64,000 nucleotides of DNA from Nitrospirota bacterium. GTDB taxonomy: Bacteria > Nitrospirota > UBA9217. Position 1 is the first letter of the stretch; the number at the start of each line of letters is the position of its first letter. The DNA is taken from positions 2,912,001 to 2,976,000 of the forward strand of contig OY760142.1 in NCBI GenBank assembly GCA_963663225.1, read 5' to 3'. Below, in pieces: positions 10,147 to 18,620 of this stretch. Both the position numbers and the translations under genes were made by a program. Under the pieces are notes generated by a model. That model was not told the origin of the DNA. It searched no databases and saw only the letters and a program-made list of their open reading frames with translations.

Positions 10147-10527
10147 TTACAGCATTCCCCATCCCCGCGTGTATTCCAGAACGATCTGAAAATCACGGTC
10201 GTTGAATCCTGACGATAAGAGCAGACGTTTTGCTTCGCCGGCTTCCATTTCCCGGGAAAAACCGTGGATTGCTTTTCTATCTGCATGAAAAACAAACCCA
10301 TGCGCGGTCAGCAATTCCATCATGGATATGACGCGCGCCATATGATCTGCGGTTTGTCCGGCCATCTGCCGTATCATATCCGTGGTAATAGGTTCGTTGT
10401 TTTTCTCCGGCGTCGTGAAAAGATGATCTTCCGGCAGCAGACTGATTGTTACCTGGGTCAGATGTGTTACAATCGGAGTCGTATTTTTTATGGTGTCAGA
10501 TTCATTCACGATGTCCACCCAATCCAT
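10147..10527 (-). CDS. Hypothetical protein upstream of dsrM2
   Basis: Fills the gap between the terminator and dsrM2, ending 19 bp before the dsrM2 start. No recognisable motif; start may be GTG at 10510-region or later. Confidence 0.6.
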   Translation of the reverse strand: MDWVDIVNESDTIKNTTPIVTHLTQVTISLLPEDHLFTTPEKNNEPITTDMIRQMAGQTADHMARVISMMELLTAHGFVFHADRKAIHGFSREMEAGEAKRLLLSSGFNDRDFQIVLEYTRGWGML

Positions 10528-10565
10528 TTCTCTGAGGAAAAAGTGTTAACAATTCTTCTTAAGAA

Positions 10566-10599
10566 AACTTTGGCCGGACATTATCATCCGGCCAAAGTT
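10566..10599 (-). terminator. Hairpin/terminator after yeiH
   Basis: Perfect 13-bp inverted repeat aactttggccgga / tccggccaaagtt. Confidence 0.7.
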
Positions 10600-10625
10600 A
10601 TTCCATTACACGTGGCTGCAGCAAC

Positions 10626-11987
10626 TTATTTGACCGACAGCCAGTAATCCACAAATACGATATTCGAGAGCCAGTAGCCCAGCGGAACATTGATAATAAC
10701 TCCGACGGTAAACGCAGCGAGCGGCTTCCATCCAAAATGAACCAGTTCGCGGAACCGAGTTGTCAAACCAATGGCTAAAAATGTCCAGGTGAATGTCCAG
10801 CCGCGGAGGTTTTTGATAACACCCAAGGCGTCCTTTGAAAAGCCTTTTCCAATCTGAGGATCAAGCATCATAATCACAAGTGTGGTAAAAATCGATGCGA
10901 CAAAGAAACCGATGACAAATTTTGGGAACCGTCTCCATACTTCGCCGTAGTCAATTCGTTCGGCCTGGGAGAGTGTTTTCTTTTCCCACATCGTAACGGA
11001 AAGGATCGCCGCCAACAGGGCCCAGAGGCCGACAAACATATCGCGACCGACGACCTTCATCAGCGTAAAAGTTTTTACGGCCCGGTCATCGCCCGGAGCC
11101 AATTGCGCCATGGCATTGTATTGCTCGGCTGCGGCAAAACCGGCAGCATCAGCGAATTCCGATGTTCCGATCCACGCACCGGCAGGCCCGGGGGCCATCC
11201 CGATGTTCTTTGCAACCAACGGCAGTACGATGACCATAACGATGGCCCAAATAATAACCATCGAAATAGCAATGGATACATGTTCTTTTTCCGCCCTGCA
11301 GGCGCCGCCGACGGCGATGGAGCCAGAAACACCGCATATCGATCCGCCCGCGCCGAGCGTGGCTGCAAACCGCGGATCAAGCTTGAACATATGCGCGGCT
11401 GCCCAATAAATCGTGAAGAAAGTAACCACCGATACGATAGTTGCCTGCAGCATTGCCAGAGGCCCGGCAGACATGATGATGGTAAACGGCAGCGTGGCGC
11501 CCATCAACACGATGCCTGTTTTTACGTAGTATTCAGTACAGAGTGCTTCCTGAAACCATGCCGGTAATTTCATGGTATTGCTGATAATCATGCCGAGCAG
11601 CAAGGCCAACAGCGGCGTTTCGAGCTGCCAGTCTTTCATTAATTTGTTGGATCCTAAAATCGTCACGACCAGCGAGATAATGAACAGAAGCGTGAATCCG
11701 CCGAGATACCGCTTGACATTGCGGCCCATGACAGCGGCGCCGATCGCGAAGGCCACAAGGAAAAACACGAAAAGAATAAATACCCCCCCGGCCTTGCTCG
11801 AGAGGGCATCAGTCACTTTACCAAAGTTATCCGACCAGCCTGGGATGGATACTGCCATTGATTTAAAAAAACCAAAACCGCCTCCTAGGAAGGTAACGGT
11901 AATGAGCAGCGTAAGACCGAGCGCAATGATGATTGCCCACGTATCTTCCCTTTTCATGATTGGCAACTGAGATTGATGCACAGCCAT
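10626..11987 (-). CDS. YeiH/PSE-family putative sulfur-compound transporter
   Basis: EYYVKTGIVLMGA, GGSICGVSGSIA, AGAWIGTSEFADAAG, RFPKFVIGF. Start MAVHQ at 11987 after AAGGAGG. Confidence 0.85.
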   Translation of the reverse strand: MAVHQSQLPIMKREDTWAIIIALGLTLLITVTFLGGGFGFFKSMAVSIPGWSDNFGKVTDALSSKAGGVFILFVFFLVAFAIGAAVMGRNVKRYLGGFTLLFIISLVVTILGSNKLMKDWQLETPLLALLLGMIISNTMKLPAWFQEALCTEYYVKTGIVLMGATLPFTIIMSAGPLAMLQATIVSVVTFFTIYWAAAHMFKLDPRFAATLGAGGSICGVSGSIAVGGACRAEKEHVSIAISMVIIWAIVMVIVLPLVAKNIGMAPGPAGAWIGTSEFADAAGFAAAEQYNAMAQLAPGDDRAVKTFTLMKVVGRDMFVGLWALLAAILSVTMWEKKTLSQAERIDYGEVWRRFPKFVIGFFVASIFTTLVIMMLDPQIGKGFSKDALGVIKNLRGWTFTWTFLAIGLTTRFRELVHFGWKPLAAFTVGVIINVPLGYWLSNIVFVDYWLSVK

Positions 11988-12056
11988 AACGGAAATCCTC
12001 CTTTTATAGAGCGATTCACCATGGATTTCTCCAGGTGTGGTCATAAACTTCGTATG

Positions 12057-12374
12057 TTATACGCATCCGGTCGGTTTCGGCAGGCCTGCCAGCTTGCACG
12101 CGCCCTTAGCAGGTCCAGAAGGAAACATTTCATAAATTTCCTTCAAGGAGAAACCGGTATCTTTGCACAGCTTCCGGATCATGGGCGCAACGCCGAATTT
12201 TTTGAAATAATCCCGAAGATAATTGATCACTTTCCAGTGGTTTTCAGTCAGCTGGTTCACGTTTTCCTGTGAGGCGAAATATGTCACCATATCGTCGCTC
12301 CAGTCATCCGGATTGACCAGGAAACCATCTTCATCCAGTTCTACATTATTTCCTTTCACCTGAACAACACTCAT
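12057..12374 (-). CDS. dsrC: DsrC sulfur carrier
   Basis: LDEDGFL...HWKVINYLRDY...FPSGPAKGACKLAGLPKPTGCV, with both C-terminal Cys (Cx10C). Confidence 0.95.
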   Translation of the reverse strand: MSVVQVKGNNVELDEDGFLVNPDDWSDDMVTYFASQENVNQLTENHWKVINYLRDYFKKFGVAPMIRKLCKDTGFSLKEIYEMFPSGPAKGACKLAGLPKPTGCV

Positions 12375-12412
12375 GCTATGCTCCCTCCCGTTTTGTGAAC
12401 TTTGTAGTCATT

Positions 12413-13750
12413 CTATTTTAGCACCAATGCCTTGCCGACCAGATCCATCAACCCTCCCATGGGCAAATCCTTGACGCCGTAATACTCCATAACCGTCGGA
12501 AGCTGGGCTTTGCATATGGAACAGGGAATGACGAAGTAATCAAGCTTTCCGAGCGCCAGTACCTGCTCGGCCTTCTTTTTGCCGAGCTGCATGCGGATTT
12601 CCTTCATTTCATCCATGAGAATGCCGGAACCGCCGCCGCAGCAGAAATTTTCCTCACGATTCGGCGTCATTTCGACAAACTCGTCGACAACAGCCTTCAA
12701 AATTTTGCGGGGTTGCTCGATCATGCCCCCGGCGCGGGCATAATTGCAGGGATCATGCAGCGTAACGCGGAGCGGCAGTTTTTTGAGCGGCATACGATCG
12801 ATATAATCAGCCGCGACTTCAAGAACGTGCCGGATTTCAAACGGCGCCGGGCCGTTTGCGCCCTCCGTGTACATTTTTGCCGCACGCCATCCGTGACCGC
12901 ATTCGCCCTGAATGACCAGCTTCGCGCCGAGCGTTTTCGCAGCGTCGAATAATCTTCGGTTGTGCTCTTTCATCACATGCAGGTTGAAAAGCAGACCGAA
13001 ATTTGCCGCTTCAAGGACGGATGAGGAGATTGTCCAGTTCAAACCAAGATAGTGAAACATCTTGGCGGCACCGATCATGGTATCAACGTTGGTGAAAAAA
13101 TCCGCGGACGATGGAACATAAAGCACATCTGATCCCGGCTTGTCGACGGGGATCTTGATGTCGATTCCGGTTTCTTCACGCATCTCATCCTGCATGAACT
13201 CTGCGGTGTCCACCGTTGCCGGTCCCGGGATCCCCATGTTATTGCCGCTTTTAACCATGTTCGCGGCGATCCCCTGCATAAATCTCGGCATAATTCCCAA
13301 TTCGGACAGTATATGCCGGGCTGCGATCGTTACTTCCGCCGTATCAATGCCGAACGGACAGAATACCGCGCAACGGCGGCATTCATTGCACTGATAATAA
13401 TACGTCAGCCATTTGGTCAATGTTTCTGCGTCAAAATCTTCCGCACCCGCGAACCTTCCGAACAGTTTTCCCTGGAGCGTGAAATACCGTTTATACACCC
13501 GGCGCATGAGTTCCGCCCGTGCCGCTGGAAAATTGTAATAATCCTGGGTGCCGAGATAGCTGTGGCATTGTTTTGCGCATTTGCCGCACTTTGTGCAGGT
13601 TTCGAGCATGACCATGAGGGAACGCATGCTTTTACGCACGTCGCCCAGTTTGGCGAGTGCGCGCAACTGCTGTTCCGGCTCCGGCGTCATGGGGAATCCA
13701 ATGGACGCAACTTCTTTTGCTTTTGCCAGATGCATGGGAGGTTTAAGCAT
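12413..13750 (-). CDS. dsrK: DsrK (HdrD-like catalytic subunit, 445 aa)
   Basis: CTKCGKCAKQC, CNECRRCAVFCPFGIDT, GECGHGWR, HDPCN, CCGGGSG, PCSIC. Start MLKPP at 13750 overlaps the dsrM stop. Confidence 0.88.
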   Translation of the reverse strand: MLKPPMHLAKAKEVASIGFPMTPEPEQQLRALAKLGDVRKSMRSLMVMLETCTKCGKCAKQCHSYLGTQDYYNFPAARAELMRRVYKRYFTLQGKLFGRFAGAEDFDAETLTKWLTYYYQCNECRRCAVFCPFGIDTAEVTIAARHILSELGIMPRFMQGIAANMVKSGNNMGIPGPATVDTAEFMQDEMREETGIDIKIPVDKPGSDVLYVPSSADFFTNVDTMIGAAKMFHYLGLNWTISSSVLEAANFGLLFNLHVMKEHNRRLFDAAKTLGAKLVIQGECGHGWRAAKMYTEGANGPAPFEIRHVLEVAADYIDRMPLKKLPLRVTLHDPCNYARAGGMIEQPRKILKAVVDEFVEMTPNREENFCCGGGSGILMDEMKEIRMQLGKKKAEQVLALGKLDYFVIPCSICKAQLPTVMEYYGVKDLPMGGLMDLVGKALVLK

Positions 13751-14519
13751 TGGCGTCCCTCTGTACGATGCGTGCGTCCCGGGTGACTCCGTTCCGGGTA
13801 GGATAAACCGGAGCAGCTTCAACCAGCATGGAGCGATTGACAAAGAAACCGGCAAGATGCACCAGTTTTGAAAACGGAAAATAGAGAAGAAACAGATTCA
13901 CCAGAGAAAAATGGGTCACGAAAACCCATTTCTGCGGTATGGGAACCGGGTGCAGCATGATGAGGCTGCCGAGATACGCGCGAATTGCAGGGAGGTCGAT
14001 TTCAAGTGAGGTAACACGCATATGCATTCCGGTTATCACGATTGCAAGAAGAAGGAGCAGGTCGAAGTAATCTGCCGGATCGGACAAACGCTTGACCTCG
14101 GGGACGGCTGTTCTTCTGTAGAAAAGCACGAGAAGAGCAACCAAGATGCCGATGCCGGAAACCGTCCCGAAAAAAGCAGACAATCGGGAGCTGGCATCTT
14201 CCGTCAAACCGATCATGGTAAACTGGTGCGTCAGATAGTAAATCCCGACAATATGTCCGATGATGATCATCAACAGCATGCCATGCATGAACCAGGCCCA
14301 GAACCAGAGTCCTTCGGAGCCGCCGCGGCGCAGACTCGTGAACAATAGCAGCTCTTTTGCAATGGCCGTTATGCGACCTGCGGTAGAATCCGGAGCCGGA
14401 AACAACGTTATTTGAAATGGTACCGGCGCCTTGAACCACGCAAGTATCCGCCCTGTCATGCCGATCAGAAAAACGGCGACGGCTATATAGGGAAAAACTT
14501 CTCCGACAAAAAAGAGCAT
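13743..14519 (-). CDS. dsrM: DsrM di-heme cytochrome b subunit
   Basis: NarI-like, with all four His (MH-x9-H and TH-x17-H, YFPFSKLVH); lies between dsrB and dsrK. Confidence 0.88.
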   Translation of the reverse strand: MLFFVGEVFPYIAVAVFLIGMTGRILAWFKAPVPFQITLFPAPDSTAGRITAIAKELLLFTSLRRGGSEGLWFWAWFMHGMLLMIIIGHIVGIYYLTHQFTMIGLTEDASSRLSAFFGTVSGIGILVALLVLFYRRTAVPEVKRLSDPADYFDLLLLLAIVITGMHMRVTSLEIDLPAIRAYLGSLIMLHPVPIPQKWVFVTHFSLVNLFLLYFPFSKLVHLAGFFVNRSMLVEAAPVYPTRNGVTRDARIVQRDANA

Positions 14520-14573
14520 ATTCGGTGACCTCCTCCGTTCCGGAAAACACGCAACCGCGCTTTGATACGCGTA

Positions 14574-15638
14574 TTAGAACTTGAATTGCGTAGTGGAACG
14601 GAATGTAGTCGTCGCATGGGTGAAATCATCTAGATGTTTATCGGTAAAGGGAAGATCCGCCAGTTTAAAAAACTTTTCCCATCCAATCCGGTTGATCCAT
14701 TCTCCCATCCGCTCACCTTCACGGGCCTTGGACGCCCACAGTTCCACCAAATTTTTTACGGCTGCGGTCGTGGAAGACCACCGGGGTGGTTCGTTCGGAA
14801 TGTACGGAATGGCAAGCCGCGAGAACATAGGAGAGTTCCTGGCATTGGACACCTTGCCGCCGACCCAGATTGACACGCCGTCATTGACCGGGTCCATGAT
14901 CTGGAGACCTGCCGGGCAGACCACCACGCAGTTGCCGCACATCATGCATTTTTCCGCAATGATCTCCACGCTCTTCACCTTCGGGTTGGGCCTGATGGCT
15001 CCGGTCGGACACGATGCGATGATATTCGGCAATTCGCACGCACGGGCCACTCCTTCATTATTGATCCGGGGTATGGTGCGGTGTATGCCGACGACCGCGA
15101 TGTCAGAGCAATGGCAGGCCCCGCACATGTTGACGCAGCAGGCAACAGCGATCCGCATGCGTGCCGGCACCTTGATCTTCCCCGTGAAATAATCGGTCAT
15201 TTCATCCATAATGCTCTTGGTTATTCCTGAAGCATCGGTGACCGCACTCTTGCAGTGTATCCATCCCTGGGTATGGACGATATTGCTGACCGAAAGGCCG
15301 ACGCCGCCGATCAGATAGTCTTTTGAGTCTAGTTCATCAATAAGCGGCTGCAGTTTTTTCTCATCAGACACCAGAAATTCAACGTTATGCCTGGTCGTGA
15401 ACCGGAGATATCCGTCGCAATAGGTATCGGCAATAGCGGTTATATCCCGTATCCAGTCACTGCTCACCAGCCGGGGCGTCGCGACGCGAACAGAATGTAT
15501 GGCTGCGCCGGTGTTGCTTACATGTTTTAATACTCCCGGACGAGGTACGGTATGATATTTCCAATTACCGTAATTCTCCTTGATGATCGGGGGGATCATT
15601 TCACGATAATCTGGCGGTCCAATATCTGTTTTGGCCAT
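14574..15638 (-). CDS. dsrB: Dissimilatory sulfite reductase beta subunit
   Basis: TDIGPP, YGNWKYH, CDGYLRFTTRHNVEF, HTQGWIHC, CCVNMCG, GGKVSNAR, RIGWEKFF, TQFKF. Confidence 0.96.
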   Translation of the reverse strand: MAKTDIGPPDYREMIPPIIKENYGNWKYHTVPRPGVLKHVSNTGAAIHSVRVATPRLVSSDWIRDITAIADTYCDGYLRFTTRHNVEFLVSDEKKLQPLIDELDSKDYLIGGVGLSVSNIVHTQGWIHCKSAVTDASGITKSIMDEMTDYFTGKIKVPARMRIAVACCVNMCGACHCSDIAVVGIHRTIPRINNEGVARACELPNIIASCPTGAIRPNPKVKSVEIIAEKCMMCGNCVVVCPAGLQIMDPVNDGVSIWVGGKVSNARNSPMFSRLAIPYIPNEPPRWSSTTAAVKNLVELWASKAREGERMGEWINRIGWEKFFKLADLPFTDKHLDDFTHATTTFRSTTQFKF

Positions 15639-15639
15639 G

Positions 15640-16824
15640 TTACTTTACCTCCTCTTTTGTCCAGAATATATAGGGGTTGCTTCGCGGTGCACGGACCATC
15701 TGAGGCAGCGGCTTAAGGCCCACTGCAGCCAGAAACTCCGAAAGCCCAACGCGCTCGATCAGTTCGCCGACCCGCTCCCTGTTCTTTCCATGCTCCGCCC
15801 ACCAGTCAGTCACTTTGTCGATCAAATCTTTCAATTCTGTGTAGGGAGCCTCCATTTTCATAAACGGCACCAGCACCCAGCCGATCATGGCGCCTTTTAC
15901 AACAGGGGCCTTGCCGCCGATAAGGATGGCGGCCCCGCGGTCGCGGCCGACGCTTATTGCTTTGGGCATCATGTTGATGCAATGCATGCAGTGGACGCAA
16001 TCTTCGGCATTCACAATGAGCTGCTTCTTCGCCGGATCCCAGTTCAAGGCCTCTGACGGGCATTTCCGGACAACACGGTTAAAAATGTCAAAACCTTTAT
16101 CGACCGTCTCGGTCACCGCAGCATTATCAATTCGGACAGCGTCGCGCCATACCCCGATAATTGCGAAATCGGAGCGGGCGGACGCGGCGGCACAATCGTT
16201 GGAGCATGCGGAAACTTTGATCTTAAATTTATACGGCCATTGCGGTCTGTGGATGAAATCCTGATAGTGCAGTGTCAGGTCGCGGATGATATCCATGCTG
16301 TTGATGCAGGCTTTTTCACACCGCGCCTGCCCCACACAGCAGGACAAGGTACGCATGGCGCCCCCAGACCCCCCGAGGTCGAAGCCGATCTCGGACAATT
16401 CATCCACACAAGGCTGCAGATTTTCCGTTGTGGTTCCCAGAAGGATAATGTCTCCCGTGGATCCGTGCATATTGTAGAGCCCGCTGCCGTACTTGTCCCA
16501 GATGTCTGCCAGTTGACGGAGCTTCTTCGTAGTATAGAAAAAACCCGCCGGCTGGTTTACCCGGATCGTGTGAAATTCCTTGACGTTGGGAAAACGATCG
16601 GCAGCGTCGGAATACCGGCCCACGACACCGCCGCCGTATCCTTTGACGCCGACAATGCCGCCGTGTTTCCAATGACCGATCTTCGCGACGTATGAAGATT
16701 CAAGCTGCTGCAGCAAATCCGCGGCGCTTTTGCTCTTTTTAGCTGCGCGTTTTATCTCGGTGACAAAACTCGGCCAGTCACCTTTTTCAAGCTCATCCAA
16801 CAGCGGGGTCTTTCCTTCTTCCAT
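15640..16824 (-). CDS. dsrA: Dissimilatory sulfite reductase alpha subunit
   Basis: TPLLDELEKGDWPSFV, HWKHGGIVGV, HGSTGD, Cx5C (CVGQARC), Cx3C (CSNDC), CVHCMHCIN, PRSNPY. Confidence 0.96.
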   Translation of the reverse strand: MEEGKTPLLDELEKGDWPSFVTEIKRAAKKSKSAADLLQQLESSYVAKIGHWKHGGIVGVKGYGGGVVGRYSDAADRFPNVKEFHTIRVNQPAGFFYTTKKLRQLADIWDKYGSGLYNMHGSTGDIILLGTTTENLQPCVDELSEIGFDLGGSGGAMRTLSCCVGQARCEKACINSMDIIRDLTLHYQDFIHRPQWPYKFKIKVSACSNDCAAASARSDFAIIGVWRDAVRIDNAAVTETVDKGFDIFNRVVRKCPSEALNWDPAKKQLIVNAEDCVHCMHCINMMPKAISVGRDRGAAILIGGKAPVVKGAMIGWVLVPFMKMEAPYTELKDLIDKVTDWWAEHGKNRERVGELIERVGLSEFLAAVGLKPLPQMVRAPRSNPYIFWTKEEVK

Positions 16825-16848
16825 CGCGGCAACCTCCTGTTTAGGGAA

Positions 16849-17031
16849 TTAATATTCCTCAACTTTTATGGCACTTACCGGACATACTGCGACACATCCC
16901 TGGCATCCCAGACACTCGTCCTCATTGGGAACCGCTTTCCCGTTTTCTATCTTGAATATTTCCGCAGGACAGGCTTTTGCACATTCACCGCATCCTGTGC
17001 ATAGTTCTTCATTGACCGTTACGACAAACAT
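16849..17031 (-). CDS. 2x[4Fe-4S] ferredoxin
   Basis: CTGCGECAKACP and CLGCQGCVAVCP; RBS GAGGGGG. Confidence 0.9.
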   Translation of the reverse strand: MFVVTVNEELCTGCGECAKACPAEIFKIENGKAVPNEDECLGCQGCVAVCPVSAIKVEEY

Positions 17032-17117
17032 GTTTTCACCCCCTCGTTTGTTGGCACCGTTTTCTACCTAATATAGTGTGACTCGACTATTTTCAGTTTA
17101 ACATCGCGGCGGATGCA

Positions 17118-17612
17118 CTATCCTCCTGCCTGGTCCGAACCTCTTTTTGACGCTATGCATTTTGCGCAAAGGCCGCAATACTGAACAAGGTGATTCGTAA
17201 TGAGAAAATTATATTTTTTTGACAACTTTTCCTGAATCGTTTCAAGAATATTCAGTTCTTCACCGATGAAATCACTGTATTCAATAATGCGGCTGCATTC
17301 CGTACAGACAAGATGGTGATGATACTTTACACATTTCGGTCCTTGCAGCAGTTCGAACCGTGCTCTGCCATCGCCAAAATCAAACCTGGCAACCATGCCC
17401 ATATTGACCAGAAGTTCCAGTGTTCTGTAGACAGTTGTCAATCCGATTGATGGCTTTTCTGCATGAACTTTAATGTAAATATCTTCTGCGCTGAGATGCT
17501 CTGTGGATTGAGACAAAATATTGAGAATGGCTTCACGGCCGGCCGTCATTCTGTGGCCGACTCGTTTAATTTTACCACTGGAATCTGAAGGCTTGCTCTG
17601 CTCCCCGGGCAT
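17118..17612 (-). CDS. Fur-family transcriptional regulator
   Basis: HLSAEDIY, GLTTVYRTLELL, HHHLVCTEC, CGLCAKC. Confidence 0.92.
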   Translation of the reverse strand: MPGEQSKPSDSSGKIKRVGHRMTAGREAILNILSQSTEHLSAEDIYIKVHAEKPSIGLTTVYRTLELLVNMGMVARFDFGDGRARFELLQGPKCVKYHHHLVCTECSRIIEYSDFIGEELNILETIQEKLSKKYNFLITNHLVQYCGLCAKCIASKRGSDQAGG

Positions 17613-17636
17613 TTTTATGCCGGCCCTCCATTATTG

Positions 17637-17684
17637 TTAATGAAAACCATTTCCATTAATACCACATTGTAAATAAGCTGTCAA
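17637..17684 (-). promoter_or_regulatory. Sigma70 promoter of the fur-dsr operon with an overlapping palindromic operator
   Basis: Minus strand TTGACA (17684-17679), 17 bp, TATTAA with an extended TG. Near-palindrome TTAATGGAAATGGTTTTCATTAA at 17637-17659. Confidence 0.7.
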
Positions 17685-17875
17685 GCTCTTTCTGACACTT
17701 CAGCAATCTTGGACCACATAACTTTAAAGCATTTATTGTAGGATATTATGCGTGAGGAATATTGATTTTTTTAAATCTTTATTGTACTATAGCATGTTTT
17801 TAGGGCTTCATTACACATTGGAATAATTTCTACTTTCCCCTTTTCTTTTAAATTCATACTGGACATCACCGGGAG

Positions 17876-18616
17876 TTGTGGATGGATGCGGTTCAGAGGG
17901 ATATAAACATTAAAATCAAGGAAATCACAGAAACCTGGGGGGCTGACTTTGTTGGCGTGGCAGATATAAAGCAGGCTCATGAAGCAATTCTGGATCAGGG
18001 CGGTCCGATAATTGCTGAATATCCTCTGGCTATTTCCGTTGGAATTGGCCTGCAACACTCCATTGTGGAACAACTCCCGGAGCGTGCCAACCGGACAGTG
18101 GCATTAAGCTACCAGTACCACAGCTATGATCTTGTCAACCAGCGGCTTGACCTTCTCATAAAGCAAATAAGCAGATTCCTGCAACGTGCCGGCTATCAAG
18201 CACTGCCCGTACCTGCCTCAAAACAGATTGATGACGAACGCATCTGTGCGGCGTTCTCTCACAAAATGGCTGCGCATTTGGCCGGTTTAGGCTGGATCGG
18301 CAAAAGCTGCTTATTGGTCACCCCGGAAATGGGGCCGCGTGTGCGATGGGCCACGGTGCTTACTGATGCACCTTTGCAGACAACCCGGAAGGCCCTTGAG
18401 GGGCAATGCGGTGACTGCAGACTGTGTGTGGATATTTGTCCTGTTCACGCCTTTACGGGAACTTCCTTCCGTACGTCTGAACCGCGCGGAAAACGGTATG
18501 ATGCTGCCAAATGTGAACGGTATTTTTCCAAAATGAGAGAAGAAAACAACGGTCTTGCGGTCTGCGGTCTCTGCTTATATATTTGCCCGCATGGGAAACG
18601 GCAGAACCGCAACTAA
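17876..18616 (+). CDS. QueG/reductive-dehalogenase-like 4Fe-4S double-cluster protein
   Basis: SHKMAAHLAGLGWIGKSCLLVTPEMGPRVRW, CGDCRLCVDICP, CGLCLYICP. Confidence 0.8.
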   Translation: MWMDAVQRDINIKIKEITETWGADFVGVADIKQAHEAILDQGGPIIAEYPLAISVGIGLQHSIVEQLPERANRTVALSYQYHSYDLVNQRLDLLIKQISRFLQRAGYQALPVPASKQIDDERICAAFSHKMAAHLAGLGWIGKSCLLVTPEMGPRVRWATVLTDAPLQTTRKALEGQCGDCRLCVDICPVHAFTGTSFRTSEPRGKRYDAAKCERYFSKMREENNGLAVCGLCLYICPHGKRQNRN

Positions 18617-18620
18617 TTTT

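Noticed and set aside
14574-16824. Oxidative (reverse) Dsr or a full sulfate-reduction pathway
   Set aside because: No dsrEFH or dsrL and no sat/apr/qmo in the window; they could lie elsewhere, so this cannot be claimed.
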